A DNA stretch of 63,333 bases, filler included, from Sphacelaria rigidula (taxonomy: Eukaryota), in assembly GCA_964200075.2 (NCBI GenBank). It is 10 parts of 10 records of this genome, joined end to end, with 100 filler letters (N's around TTAATTAATTAA, not from the genome) between each part and the next. Parts side by side here need not be neighbours in the genome. Positions count along the whole stretch, not along the records: positions 25,377 to 31,619 come from CAXNAA020021272.1; positions 31,720 to 37,962 come from CAXNAA020021273.1; positions 38,063 to 44,305 come from CAXNAA020021274.1; 7 more parts are not named here. One strand, given 5' to 3'. Shown here in pieces: positions 25,727 to 38,734 of the stretch (its first letter is position 1; each line of letters opens with the position of its first letter). Below the pieces are notes generated by a model that ran no database searches, was not told the DNA's origin, and saw only the letters and a list, made by a program, of their open reading frames with translations. The position numbers and the translations under genes were made by a program.

Positions 25727-28130
25727 TCCCAATTTAATGGCGTTGCAGAGAGTGGGCTAGGCATGATCGAGGCAACGGCGATGACGGCTAGAGTTTGAGT
25801 AAAGGTATTGTTCGGCCACGTTCAGCTTCCGATGACCGAAAAGCTTTGGGCTGAGGCGGGGCATTGGGCTTGTGAACAACTTCATTGCAGCCCTTCGACC
25901 TCCAACCCGAACAACAAATCACCGAACGAAATGTGAGACGGAGCGGCTGTGTAGGCCAGGCCATATCTTTTTCTTCAGCCGGCCTGCTGCGGATGGTAGC
26001 GGCCATCAAAGCTGCTACCAAAGACCGAGAGCTGTTTCTATTTCGGGCGCTCACGGAAACATCCATGAGACTTCGCCGCGTATTGACGCGTCGAGGGCAA
26101 ATAGTCGAAACTCGCGACGTCACGTCGGAGGCGCCGCCGCGATCTCTCCCCCCGCCGCCATCGATACCCGAAACAGCAACGACGGAAGAGGGGAAAGAGT
26201 CCTGCGACGACGGCAACGACGGCGACGACGACGGCGACGACGGCGACAACGAAGTGTGGCCATCAACCGGATAAGGGATTCCCCACATGCGCTTACCGTC
26301 CAAAGGGCGAAGAACAGTGAACGCTCGGCGGAGGCGGTGACGAGGCATCTCGATCTCAACGATGAATATCATCAACTCAATCAGCGACGATGTATCTCAT
26401 CGAAACGGCCTACCTCTACAAAGTCACAACGCGCGGAGGCAGCTTGAGACCTACAACGAGGATCCATTGGGCAATCAAGTACGCGGCGAGGGAAGGCCGC
26501 GAGCACAAACACGGGCACTGAACCACCAACAAGCAACCGGTGTGTAGGCTACGCTGGGACCCGCAAGCAGGGGTCAGATTTTGCGCGCGCTGATTGCTGA
26601 GCAGAGAACGTTGAAGAGGCCGAGCCAGATACCCGCCGGCGTTGCCTAAGACGCCGAGCAAGAACCCTCAATGATTGCCGAAGCCCGTGCTTCTCCTCAT
26701 ATTGACCTCTGGGAGAAGGCAATGAATTCAGAGCTCCAAAACATGCTAGCTGCTGGAACCTTGACTTTAGTAGGATCGGTTCCCAAGGGGAATAACATAG
26801 TAAACACCATTTTTTTTTTTTAAATGGAAGAACAATGCCGATGGCGAAATCTTAAGGGCGGAAGCTAGACTTCTAGCGAAATAATTCAGTCACCAGTATT
26901 AAATGGACTTTTTAGAGGTATTTTTCTCCAACAGCAAGCACTAATGGATGGAATCTCCGTCATTTTGACTTTGAACAAGCGCCGGTACAGTCAGATTAGG
27001 ACTATAAAGTATTATAAGATTACTACCCGGTTGCGGATAAATGCCAGGCGAAATTCGTTCGACTCAATAAATCGATTTGTGGTCTCTCAGACAAGCCGCT
27101 AGGCCGCTCTACTAGCTATTGGTATCGAAGCTCGTAGGAATAGGTTTTGAGCAGCGTCTGTCCGACCCTTGTGTACTCCGGTTGGTAGTGGATGGCGACT
27201 TGGTCGGAGCCGTGATGTTGCACATAGGTGGCACTATCTCCGGGGGGTCGAACAGTTTAAGCCAGACAGTGGTGAAGACTCTAGATGATACCCCACTAAC
27301 AAAGCATCTGGGAGATTTAATATTGTACATGGGAGTAGAGCACAAACGTGACAAGGAGAAAGTTACCCTTGAAATGCTACAAACAACTAAATTAGAAGCG
27401 TACTCGAACGTTTTGATGTTTCCCGCTGCAGCTCCCTTCCTGCCTTTGCATCTGTGGATCTCCTGTCCTTGAAATGGTGATGGAATCGCGGAAGACGTGC
27501 CGTTCTGCGTGGTGATAAGACGCTTCATGTTGATCGCAAATCAGAACAGGCCTGACATCATCAATTCAGTAAGGGCCGTAGCGAGACATTCCCACGAGCT
27601 GAAGGAGTCTAGGCACTTAATGAACATTGGCACACAACGGCACACCTAGGGCTTACATGTAGTGTAAGATCTAAACTATATACAGGAGTAACGGTATACG
27701 CAGATGCAAACCACGCAAAAGAAGATACGGCACGAAGATCAGCATCGGAAGGTGCAGTGTCAGGTGTTGTGTGTTTGCTCGCCAGTGGCATGGTTCTTAA
27801 GAACCCAGAAATGGGTTACCTTTCTCACCACTAGAGCCGAATAAGTCGCGATGGGAGATGGAGTGAAAGAGGAAGCTATGAAAGTTCATTCACCTGATAA
27901 GAAATTGGAGGATATTAAAGTGTTAGAGGTCAATGAACGAGCGATCTTGTTAGCCGAGAAGCCGGTAAGCTCATAGAACGGCAAATATCGACGTACATCA
28001 TTTCCTTACGGAGTTAGTAGAGAAGAAAATGGTCTCGACCGAGCATGTAAGCAGTGACGAAGGGCACGCTGACATTTTGACAAAGGCGTCGCCACGTGAA
28101 GCGTTGACACTTCATCGAAATTTCTTGGTA
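25727..28130 (+). mobile_element. Degenerate Ty1/copia LTR-retrotransposon pol (integrase, RT, RNase H) with stops and frameshifts
   Basis: Motifs appear in copia order: QFNGVAESGLGMIE and KLWAEAGHWACE (integrase); RVLTRRGQIVETRDVT; EARASPHIDLWEKAMNSEL; GFEQRLSDPCV and RPDI (RT); YADANHA...RRS (RNase H). Confidence 0.9.
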
Positions 28131-28262
28131 GGATAACATGTCCGTGAGACCAGGAAACTTTTTGGAACGGAATGTTTTTCGTTATTTCCACTGAGGCGGT
28201 CGAATAATCCGAAAGGGCCGTCACCCCCTGAAAGCCCGTGACCTGACGAGAACTTTGGCCCA

Positions 28263-28525
28263 GAGCAATGCCACGGTAGGGGTGCACTCCTCCCACAAAA
28301 TCTTATGTGGTCCAGGGGCGTTCAAGTTCGGTAACGGGTATAGATGCGCAAGGATATGGGGCAGGGCATCCCCATTTGCCAATTCGTTCGGGATATCCCC
28401 AGCACATTAGAATAGTAATCCTGGCGTACCCTTACATATTTCATAAGTTATGCTTTGGATTAGATAAGGGCTCCCAATATTTCTAACCTCAGGAAAGATT
28501 TGTGCATCCCTACCGTCCCATCATT
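28263..28525. mobile_element. Copy of the ~260-bp GAG-terminus MITE (family C)
   Basis: Homologous to 51664-51933 and 59304-59557. Confidence 0.75.
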
Positions 28526-29689
28526 TTGCAGAAACATTCAAAATCGACGTGGCGTGGCCAGTGCAGAGATGTGAGGCAAGATACGCGTCAAAGAAAAAGA
28601 AAACTATCTCGCCCTTTCGAAGGCGTCACCAATTTCGAATCAAATTTGCGCCCAAGGTTCCCGTCGGATCACGGGCTTTCACGGGAGTGACCACTGTTTC
28701 GGACGATTCGACCGCCTTGGTGTAAGTCACGAAAAACCTCGCGGAACATTCAGCTCCTAGTCTCACTAGCATGTTGTTTTGAGTGTTGGGTGATTTTGTC
28801 GTATTTTGCTCGAAGTTTTCAAGGGCACGAGATATACTCGTAGAGGTTCTGAAGAGGCTCGTCCACCCCGCCCCTGCCCACTCTTCGCTAGGACCTTCAG
28901 CACCCATCGCTACTTGCCTGTTGGTGATTACGAGTGAAAACTGCGTGGACAGACAGAAAATGTCGGACACATTCTAATTAGAGATAAACCCCGTAGAAGG
29001 CTGCGCTAGGAGGATACAAGAAAAAGATCCAGCTTGTCTTCATGGCAATACCGTCAGAGAGCCAGAGTACACCCCCCTCCTCGTAAGGATGAATAATGGT
29101 TGACACCGCCTAGACGCGTGCGCAGCACGGTGAAGGACGTGTTGGGGATGTATATCCACTTTGCCTGTTGGTACCTGAACTACAGTAATTGAAACAATAC
29201 GTGGGAGTGTACTGAGACGGAATACGCGATCCTTGCGGCTGCACCGCACGACACTGGTCTGTATAGTACTGCGTTGTACGCTAGTTGTTCTACGCCGACT
29301 CAGGCATACCGTCATGGGTCCCAAGCAATCTGTACAACATGCAGATTCCGTCCGCTCAGACAGGACAGCTGTTGGCGGTGCTGCACTGTACACTGTTCTG
29401 ATTACAAAATGGCGAGAAACAAAATAGACCGAAACGCAGTGAATAACGAACAATAACTAAAGCCGCCCGCGCCCTGCTGGCCCATGGTCCAACTGTCACC
29501 ATCAGGGTGGTTCGATTTCACGATGCATCGGCTTTTTCCTTCGAAGTTCTTAGTTTCTACCTTCGAGAGCATGAGAATGTGAGTAAACGAAAAGTAGTAG
29601 TAGTTGATTGCTTAGTTTGCTCGACGAGAGTATTGATGCGGTGAGGGAATGTTGATCCAATCCGCGACACTAAAATGAAAGGTGTGTAC

Positions 29690-29770
29690 CGGGAACAGAC
29701 GGGTTGATCTCTCGAAACCACGGACTCGTCCCGAGAAACGGGAGGGGTTAAAATTGTGACAAAAAAGACG
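29690..29770 (+). repeat. Dispersed short repeat (GGGTTGATC.CTCGAGACCACGGACTC.TCCCGAGAA)
   Basis: Other copies at ~2790-2870 and ~12190-12260. Confidence 0.7.
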
Positions 29771-30840
29771 AACAAGAAATGATCGAAAGGGCTGCCGTAA
29801 TAGCTGGGCTATGCGGTACACTGTACTGAATCTAAATGGTGAGAAATTAAAACAGACCAGAAAACTGCGATGGAGTAACAGCGAGCGTGTATGCCAGCAC
29901 GCTGGCAAGGTAGTCAGGACAGTTGACCCAAGCAACCTGCCCTAGAGTATTTGCCATGTCTACGACAAATCAACACCCCAAGCTCCTGTCTCACGCAATA
30001 GGTAGGTTGACATCCGCTTGATTTACAAGACTCTTGGTCAGTCGCATTCCTTATAGTCCTGCTCAATGAATGCTCTTTCACTCGCCTCACCGGACTGGAT
30101 AGCCTGCGATGATGCTTCGCATATGGAAGCTAAGGAGGTCGTACGAATAAGTGACTCGGGATGGCTTCGACATGGACTGTCTATACCAAAGGGTATGACA
30201 TATCTACCAGTAGATATGCCATACCCTTTGGTCTATACCCAATCTATCAAGCTCATATTTGATCTGATGAAGCCTGATCGGACCTGCAGCCCTACAGTCC
30301 TTGGCTTTGGCAGTACACGCCTTCAAACGTCATGACAAAACAGTCAACAAGAAAGGAAACATAAATGCCCGGCCCCAGCAAAATTGCTCCTGCTCAACAA
30401 GATCGTACGGAACAAATAATGAAGGAATATGAAAGCTGTTTTGCAACCAACAAGCGTTTTGGACACAACTATCACCCATGGCTCCACAGGGGTGAGACAC
30501 AAACGCTACTACTGTAGCCTAGTATCAAAAACATGTTTTTTATAATAAGGAACGAAGCCGAGAGAGGGATATAAGGAAGGAACGAACGGAGAGTCAGAAA
30601 CGTACGCAGAAGAAAAAAAGAGTGGAACGAAAAAGGATTAGATGCGACTCAAACTCAAGGCAGTATCTATGAGAAGGAAGATCATGAAGGTTGCAAGTCA
30701 AGAATACTTCTATATAGCTGATGATGAAACAGGGAGGCATACTGTATCACTTTTGTGCCATCCCTGCCGCTCCCACCAATGCCTGGTCGGAAACAGAGTA
30801 AGTCACTCCCTCGACCATTTCTATCGTACATTCGTCGCGG

Positions 30841-30841
30841 G

Positions 30842-30908
<67 letters not shown>
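30841..30908 (+). repeat. (GTT)n microsatellite
   Basis: Seen directly in the sequence. Confidence 0.97.
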
Positions 30909-32548
30909 ACCAGCGATAGCAGCTCTCCTTTTGGTGGCTCTTAACGCATCAGCCCCTTACTTGTATGGGCCCCTGTGTGGCCAACCATCCGAACACGATA
31001 TGCGTACATGTACCACACGAAAGCAGGGCTTGGGGGGTGGGGGGTGGCATCAAAGAGCACGTACCAAGTGGGTCGGATGCCCGTCAAACCTGAAAAACAG
31101 ATGCTTGCAGAATTCCCAACAATCCTGTCTCTGTGGTTTGCAACTTTGGTTTCTGGGTGTTGACACCATCACTTCTTTGGGAAGTCTCGGTTCGAGACGC
31201 ACTCCGGCTTCAAACCATTCACATCTTGGATTGGCACAACTAATTCCAACACTTACGTACGGTCAGGGTAGTCAAATACCCATCTTGGCGTTGAACTCCC
31301 TTCCCCAAGTACAGTTGGAGTTCATGAGACCGACAAAGAACACGTCGTGCGGTCACTCACAAAACCACCAGCGACAAACACATGACAAAATATTCCGCAA
31401 ATCCTTACCGCCTAACCTCTGCTGTAGCCCTTTTGAGGTTATTTTCCTGTCCGCCGTAGCTCTAAATAGTGCCCTTCCTCGAGACGAGTTCGTATTTTCA
31501 AGGGAGCCTTTCTACGCTACCGCCACCCCCCCTCCCCCCCCCCCCTTAACACCCATGAGGCAGTGTAAAAGCCGTGGCTGTCTCTGGAAGTGGCGATACC
31601 ACAGAATAAAGCAACTCATNNNNNNNNNNNNNNNNNNNNNNNNNNNNNNNNNNNNNNNNNNNNTTAATTAATTAANNNNNNNNNNNNNNNNNNNNNNNNN
31701 NNNNNNNNNNNNNNNNNNNATCCACGCAACTTTTGCGCCATTTCACGTGCCTGGGCTGCGTATACCTGGGTTGCAACGCTGAAATAAAGCCTAGAGATTG
31801 ATTCGTCGCGAGTCGACTCATCGTACTAAAACCAAGTAATTTTCAGACGAATAATTATTTGTCCGACCCTTGAAGGCTTTTGCTTTTTATGCGTTTTTTC
31901 CCCAAAAGCAATATGCGTCTTGTTCAAAATGAGATCATTTTGAAGCGGAAATTCTGCCGAGGCTTTACAATTACTGGATTTTAGTGTTCAAGACCGAAAA
32001 AACACGAACGCATATTTTTTGCGAATTGTGCGAAATCATAAAAATCAAAAGCCTATATCAGTTCCTATCACGTTACTGAACCCACACTTTCACGCTAAGC
32101 GAGGTAGTCGCCGACAACATTGGAACGATTTATCGATTATGCCACAGTATTTGATCCACAATGAGTCCATCCGTGGTCACAAAAATAATGTAACCAACGT
32201 CAGTGAACTTGAACACTCGCTTGAGAAAACTTGGAGACTGCACCATTAGGGGGAAGCTCTCAGTCGCTAGTTCTGCAGGAAGCACAAACACGAAGGCGGT
32301 AGGCCCAAGGCCACATAAGGTAACAAGAAAACCATGAAGCAAGCAGAACATGGAGGAGCAGAACGAGGAAACACAGCTAGAGTTACAAGCCATGGAGAAA
32401 AAATGACGGCCCGCATGACATGGGCATCAGTGTGTAGCCCAACAAGCAGGGTATATCCCGCTCGACCTCGGGGCGTCACGTCATGATCATATAGGCACCT
32501 CAATGGAAACCACCGCGCCCCGCGCCACGTGTGACTGTGTGCGGACAG

Positions 32549-34320
32549 CTGTTTCTGAAGGTGAAGTTCACGAAAATGTCGCGGACGGCATGCTAGGGCA
32601 TGTCTTGGATGGAGGAAGCGAGCTGGAGGCCCTAGCTTCAAAAGCCGGTTTGGTCACACGACTCAAGGCTGTCATCGACGTGAGCACTTTCCGGCCAAAC
32701 GGTGATCTTAATGCCCCTGTCAGCCAGAAAGTATGTAGCAGTGCGGGTGAGCTTTCAAGCCAGGTGTGAGCTAACGCTCCAATGAAGGGTAATGAAGGGC
32801 AGGCAAAAACAGACGTGTGTTCCTGTCGAGAAAAGATGGGTCTTTCAAGAAGGATGAAACGTTGTCCCGCACTTTTCGAATTGAACAGTGGTCGGATCAC
32901 GAAAACTCTTCTGACACACAGTACAAGTGTCCACCGTCGCCACTCTGGTAGCGATGTTTCTGTTTTTTTCGGCAGCGGACCATTCGTCGTCGGGGTATGC
33001 GCGCCACCGCACACGAAAGAGACAAATGAAGAGCCGCGCCGGCTGAATAAATGTTTACAGTAATACGCGTATCTCGGCGACGAATGGTCTGCTGCTCACG
33101 AAACGACGACCACTCTGACTCGGACAGCGGGCCCTTGCAGCAAGTGTCGGGTGGATTCTCGTGATTTCGATCCCTGTTCACGTTGGAATTGTGAGAAATA
33201 TGTGTTGAATATTTTCCCCTTAAGCCCATCCTCCCTTGGGAGGACCGCAGCCGTTTACCCTTGGACCGCCAGGGTGGTTCATCTGCGTTCCATGACTTGT
33301 CAAGTAAAAATGGTGCTCGTTGAGCAGATGACCCACCCCCGTGATCAAAAGGTTGACAGGAAATGTAGGTTGCGTCTACAAAATTTCAGTTTTGCCCCGA
33401 ACGCATACCTGCGATCGGAATTTTGAAGAAAAAAAAACAAGGAATTCATAGACATTCTGCGAGTATCATCACAGCTGACGACAGGGGAGATTTTTTTATG
33501 GGAGCATGCAGTCATCAAGCGCACGACGGCACTTGGCTACACGTGAACAGCGATCGCATTACTTGCCTATCCGAAGGTGGAAGTCTTTTACGACACCCCC
33601 CCCCCAAAAAAACCCAGCCCAGAGTTGTTACGAAGAAAACGGTCATACAGCTCATGATGTTTGGTTTCAGGCTGCATGAAGCACCTTATATGGACAACAT
33701 TGGCGGGATCGAACCCAAGCTTGGGAGTTCCCAGCTACTCATTATCCTCGGATTGTGAGTCGTAAAAAGACTCGTACCAAGGTGATGCCGTTCGTTACTA
33801 CTTCTGAATGACTGGTATCATGCGTGCGGGCATGCCGAGGTTTGTGTCGTGTACCTGCGCTGCCCAATATATGTATTTTTCACGCCCATTCCCCTCTTCT
33901 TTTGTGACATGCAGGGTCACGTGTACCAACTGGGGGACTTTTTGATTCGGGTTGGCTCGTGCAGGAAAGGTGCCGTGTACAAGGGGCTAGTGCTGGAGGT
34001 GAGGAACCGCATCCAACGTCGAGAGTTTCACTTGAAGCGGAATCATACTTCCGCGTGTATTGTGTCCCACCAATCCATGTCGGTTTTCATATTCTACGCC
34101 ACCCTTGTTTGCTGTTGCCCAGGTGGAGTACATGCCAACTTGTCGAGTCGCAGATGGATTGGCCATGATCGAGGCTTTCCTGCCGAATATCGACCAGAGC
34201 GGGAGATTTGTTGCTGCCAGCGAACTTCGCGATCCAGAAACGTTTGGGCGCAGCCCGATGTACTCACGGAAACATACCGCTGTGCAGACGACTGAGTTGT
34301 TCAACCGGATATTTTCATAG
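32549..34320 (+). CDS. MED20: Mediator complex subunit 20-like protein (3' exons)
   Basis: Exons 32549-32679, 33915-33998 and 34123-34320 join in phase: ...TRLKAVID|GHVYQLGDFLIRVGSCRKGAVYKGLVLE|VEYMPTCRV...YSRKHTAVQ...*. This matches the Med20 pattern G.xY.LGDF.(V/I)(R/K)VG...KG..(V/L)EVEY.P. Confidence 0.8.
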
Positions 34321-35119
34321 TGTTCAACGTCACCCGAGGAGTCATGTGAAATAAGACGCATCACCCATGCCACCTGCCGTGACGCTATCATGCTATCTCA
34401 AGAACTGTGCCCGCCTTCGACACCATGGCTCAGCAAACTTTTCCACACCCGGGACAACTACAACTGGTGAACAGTTGCGTGCAACCACCGACTAAGTCAA
34501 ATTTTTGTGCAACTAGTGGCGTGCGAACAACTGTTCAGTCAGAATCCTGTCCAACTGGTTGAATGCCAATAACTAACTACTCGGCCAGGAACCCTTGCAA
34601 CTAGTAATCCATCATGTAACCACATCGAAGAACAAGTGACAGCTTCAACCAAAAGCTGATTCATTCTTGTTTCTTCGGGGTGTGAATTATTTAATCTAAT
34701 GCTTCTCTACCTGGGTTTAGACACGTGCTAATTGACTCACCAAACAAGAAACTATCCAAGCATAGCATGGACAAGGTCCACACGCGGCGTGAATCTTGTG
34801 GGGGCGTGCCTGCCTATGCTCGATGTACTGAAGTGCTGAAGGCCGTTGTATGAGGCCAGCTTCTCCCATGAACCCAGAAACCCAGTCAATCGCAACCGCG
34901 GCACATATTGTGGCATAGCAGATACTCTCTAATATCCACATCAAACGATACGAATGGACCCAAGATGTCCCGAGTTGGGAGCGTATGTGCATTAGATGCT
35001 GTACATTGGTGTGGTCTCTACTCAGGACGCGGGCGGCGTCGCATGATGTCGTCCGGCGTGGGCGCCTCCAGCCAAATGTACCTGGTCAAGAAATGCGAAA
35101 ACGGCAACGCACTCATCAA

Positions 35120-35470
35120 GCCGGTCAGTGGCTCAGTTGGTAACCTCGGAACCTTCTGACGGTTGGATCGTGGGTTCGGGTCGCGGAGCGATATGGGGTT
35201 TTCTCTCACATAATGTCGAACAGTGGAGAACGACCATGTCGTAGGTGAACACAATTGGACTTAACGGGACCGCTAAATCCCTATCGCGATAGAAAAGAAA
35301 AACAAGTACCGCAGAAGGAAAGTGGGGAACTGAAACTAACAAAAAAGTAAAGCTTCTGTGGTGGCCTTCCTCCTGTGCGACCCCGGCTGGTGCGCCCATA
35401 TATACAGAAATATGTAGACTGACGTCCAGAATAAATGGGATAACACACACAAAAAACATAACACACACTC
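35120..35470 (+). mobile_element. tRNA-derived SINE-like repeat (family A), near full length
   Basis: Head TGGCTCAGTTGG...GGTTCGGGTC; the body is shared with the other copies; CA-rich tail. Confidence 0.75.
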
Positions 35471-35569
35471 CTCATGGTACTGAATCCGTCCTCTTATCTT
35501 CGCTCATGTGGGGGGTTCGCAGTTGTGCTTGGATAGGCCACTCACTCAAGTTCAATATTTTTGGGCAAA

Positions 35570-36185
35570 GGCATCGAACACGGGATCTTACAAATTGGGG
35601 ATGAGAACCCGGAGGATTAACATCTTCGAATCTACACCGAATCTTCGAAATTTGGTTCCATTTCTTCACCTACTGATGGCCATCGACAACAGCTACACGC
35701 GATACAAATTTGGATTTCGGTCACCGAAATGTTGGGGTCCTGGGCGAAAAAATAATTTGGGGGAATTTCGGGTGTCCGAACGGACGCCAACACGGTCCCG
35801 AAATTGGTTTTTCAACTACGACTCCAACATTTCGGTGATCTAGATCCAAATTTATATGGCATGTAGCAGTTATCAATGGCTATCAGTAGATGAAGAAATG
35901 GAACCATATTTCGAAGATTTTAATTCTACGGGTTTTTCATCCCCAATTTGTAAGATCCCGTGTTCGATGCCTTCACGGTCCCGAAATTGGTTTTTCACAT
36001 ACGACCCCAACATTTCGGTGATCTAGATCCAAATTTCTATGGCGTGTAGTAGTTATCAATGGCTATCAGTAGGTGAAGAAATGGAACCATATTTCGAAGA
36101 TTTGGTGTGGATACGAAGATTTTAATTCTCAGGGTTTTTCATCCCCAATAAAAGATCCATCCCCAATTTGTAAGATCCCGTGTTA
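35570..36185. mobile_element. Long-TIR MITE (35570-35971) with a tandemly duplicated right arm (35975-36185)
   Basis: GGCATCGAACACGGGATCTTACAAATTGGGGATG... is inverted at ...CCCCAATTTGTAAGATCCCGTGTTCGATGCC, and the right arm is repeated immediately afterwards. A related short copy lies at ~60085-60270. Confidence 0.8.
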
Positions 36186-36659
36186 TCGGCATGAGAATGA
36201 GGTGGGACAGTATGTTGTGGTCATGGGCGTGGCCACGGCACCATTTCCCTTACCTGCATTTCGAATAAGTCAACCTGTCCCTCCTGCTTCACGCTGAGCT
36301 GCACAGGCTTGCTGGCATCAACTGAGATGTATTTCTGTCATGAGAGATTACGGAAAGCACGGGGCATGAAGACGAAACAGGGTGGATTCGTCATCACCCA
36401 ACATGAAATCAGTATTCAAAGAGAGATGCAGTGGCACATGGCACGTGTGCCACCATGATTTCATGTGTTCTAACCTGACGCTGGATTGGTTGAACGTGCC
36501 TGAAGTGAAAGACTCGGAGGTTCAACAGAAGGCGGCCGCCAAGGGGGAAAGTTGGTGGCAAAAGGACGTGCTTTTGAACACGCGAAGCAGATACGGAAGT
36601 TTCACTTCAGACGGGGGGGAGGGGGAGGTGTACTCATGATCATGGGGGGGGGTGTACTC

Positions 36660-36960
36660 ATCATGTCGTGGTCATATGACCATTGACCTTGCATCCCTAC
36701 AGAGCAGCCGGGACGGAGCACGCCGGGTTTTCGCCGGACCAGGCTCGCAATCAATCACCAAGCGCGAAGCGCCATGGTATGTTTGTTCGGCGAGTCGCAT
36801 AAAGGATAAGCTGCATCCTACTAAGATCATTTGACCCGGGGCGTGATGATTATCTTGCATTTGGATGACAGTCTCCAACGAGTTGCTTGATTTTTTGGTA
36901 TCGCCACTTCCAGAGACAGCCACGGCTTTTACACTGCATCCTGGGTATCTCACCATCATT
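36660..36960 (-). mobile_element. LINE-like 3' end repeat (family D)
   Basis: Homologous to 50557-50648 and, inverted, to 31555-31619 (shared translation QCKSRGCLWKWRY). Confidence 0.6.
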
Positions 36961-38062
36961 CAGAGAGAGAGAGAGGGGGGGGGGGGGGGCGGGGGGGGGG
37001 GGCGGGGGGGGGGGGGGGGGGTCGTTGATGGCTTCCGGGGTTGAGACATCACCAAGCGAGCCATCCAGACTGAGTGCGTGTCTCGCATCATATGTTGGAG
37101 GAGTAAGGGTGATGTGTCTCCGACATGACTGCCGTAGTAGCATAGTGGGATGTTGTGAGGAGGTGGGGACGCAGTGCACGGTAAACAGCGACAGTCATCG
37201 CGTGAGGGAAAACCTTCAACACCTAAAAAGTATTTACAATCAGGACGAAACAAATCGACATCTGGGGTAGACTCACGACACCCGTCCCGATCAGTTTCCG
37301 GCGTTCCTCAAATTTTGTTGGATCTAGACCTGTTGGCTCTGCGGTAGGTGCTCCTCGAGGATACGAAGTGTTTTTCAACCCTCCAGTAATCGCAGCGCAA
37401 ATAACCGTTTTGTTATTACTGTTCGAAAGAGACTGACGCAATCACATGGGTGCATTCCTCGCCGACCGACATAGAGGGGCATAAAGCAGCGTCAACGGAT
37501 GAACTATCGAGGAAGGAAAAGTGTCTGCGCAGGTTATGCAACCCTTGTGAACAGTGTGTATACAATAATCACGCTCAACCCTTAGACCGCGAGGGTAGTC
37601 CATATGGATACTGTAGTGCATACTCTTCTACACGTAAAATTGATGCCGATCGGAGCACATCGGTTGCTACGGGCAAAGTAGTGTTGGGAGATGAATCATT
37701 CGATTTCAATACAGAAAAAATAGTGCTCTTCACAGGCCTCTTCTGAGGTCTGCCCGACGGCCGGCAAACCCGTACAAGATTACATTGTGCCGATATAGAT
37801 AACATTTTTACTACACAACAAATGTAACACGTACAGCAGGGAGGGAAAGGGCTGGCAAGCACGCAACGATCAGCTGGCACAGCAATGAACAGTAGATTTC
37901 GAAAATGGGGTTGAAAAAAAAATGAGGTTCAACTCAAAAGCCGTTCTTTCTCTGACCTAGATNNNNNNNNNNNNNNNNNNNNNNNNNNNNNNNNNNNNNN
38001 NNNNNNTTAATTAATTAANNNNNNNNNNNNNNNNNNNNNNNNNNNNNNNNNNNNNNNNNNNN

Positions 38063-38734
38063 GGACCCTTGCCGGCGCACCTGGCACTGGAGGCGACATC
38101 CCGGGACAGACAGTCGCAACACTACCGGGACGGCCGTGCACAGGCCGGCAGGCTGTGATGGGGTAAGAGACAAACAACTAGGCTACGGACCAGTCAGCAC
38201 TGACTGGTCCGTAGTCTAGTTGGTTGTCTCTTAAACCGTCACAAAAGTTAGTCGTGGAGGTTCGATCACCGTCGCTTTCACTCCGAGGAGGGCGACTGTC
38301 CTTGCCAGCGCTCTGTCGACTGTAGTCAGGACTTCTAATGTTGACACTTTCACCGTACCCTTGAGTTACTCGTCTCCCCCAATCTTTCCAGAGTGTGTGC
38401 ACTGCGGCCCTTCGCAGTGCACTCCAAACATAGACACCAGGCTGTCCCCCACCGTTTTTCTTTTGGGCCAACTTTTTATCAGAGGTTTTCTCTCCTCTTT
38501 TTTTCTTCAAAGAAAGTGCGTACGACGGTGATCGAACCCCCACGACTAACTTTTGTGACGGTTTAAGAGACAACCAACTAGACTACGGACCAGTCAGTGC
38601 TGACTGGTCCGTAGTCTAGTTGGTTGTCTCTTAAACCATCACAGCCTGCCGGCCTGTGCACGGCCGTCCCGGTAGTGTTGGGACTGTCTGTACCGGGATG
38701 TCGCCCCCAGTGCCAGGTGCGCCGGCAAGGGTCC
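38063..38734. repeat. Nested palindrome: 212-bp inverted arms (38063-38274 / 38523-38734), each with a 90-nt hairpin
   Basis: The arms are direct reverse complements. Hairpins at 38154-38243 and 38554-38643 have 44-bp stems and 2-nt loops (CA and TG). Confidence 0.95.
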
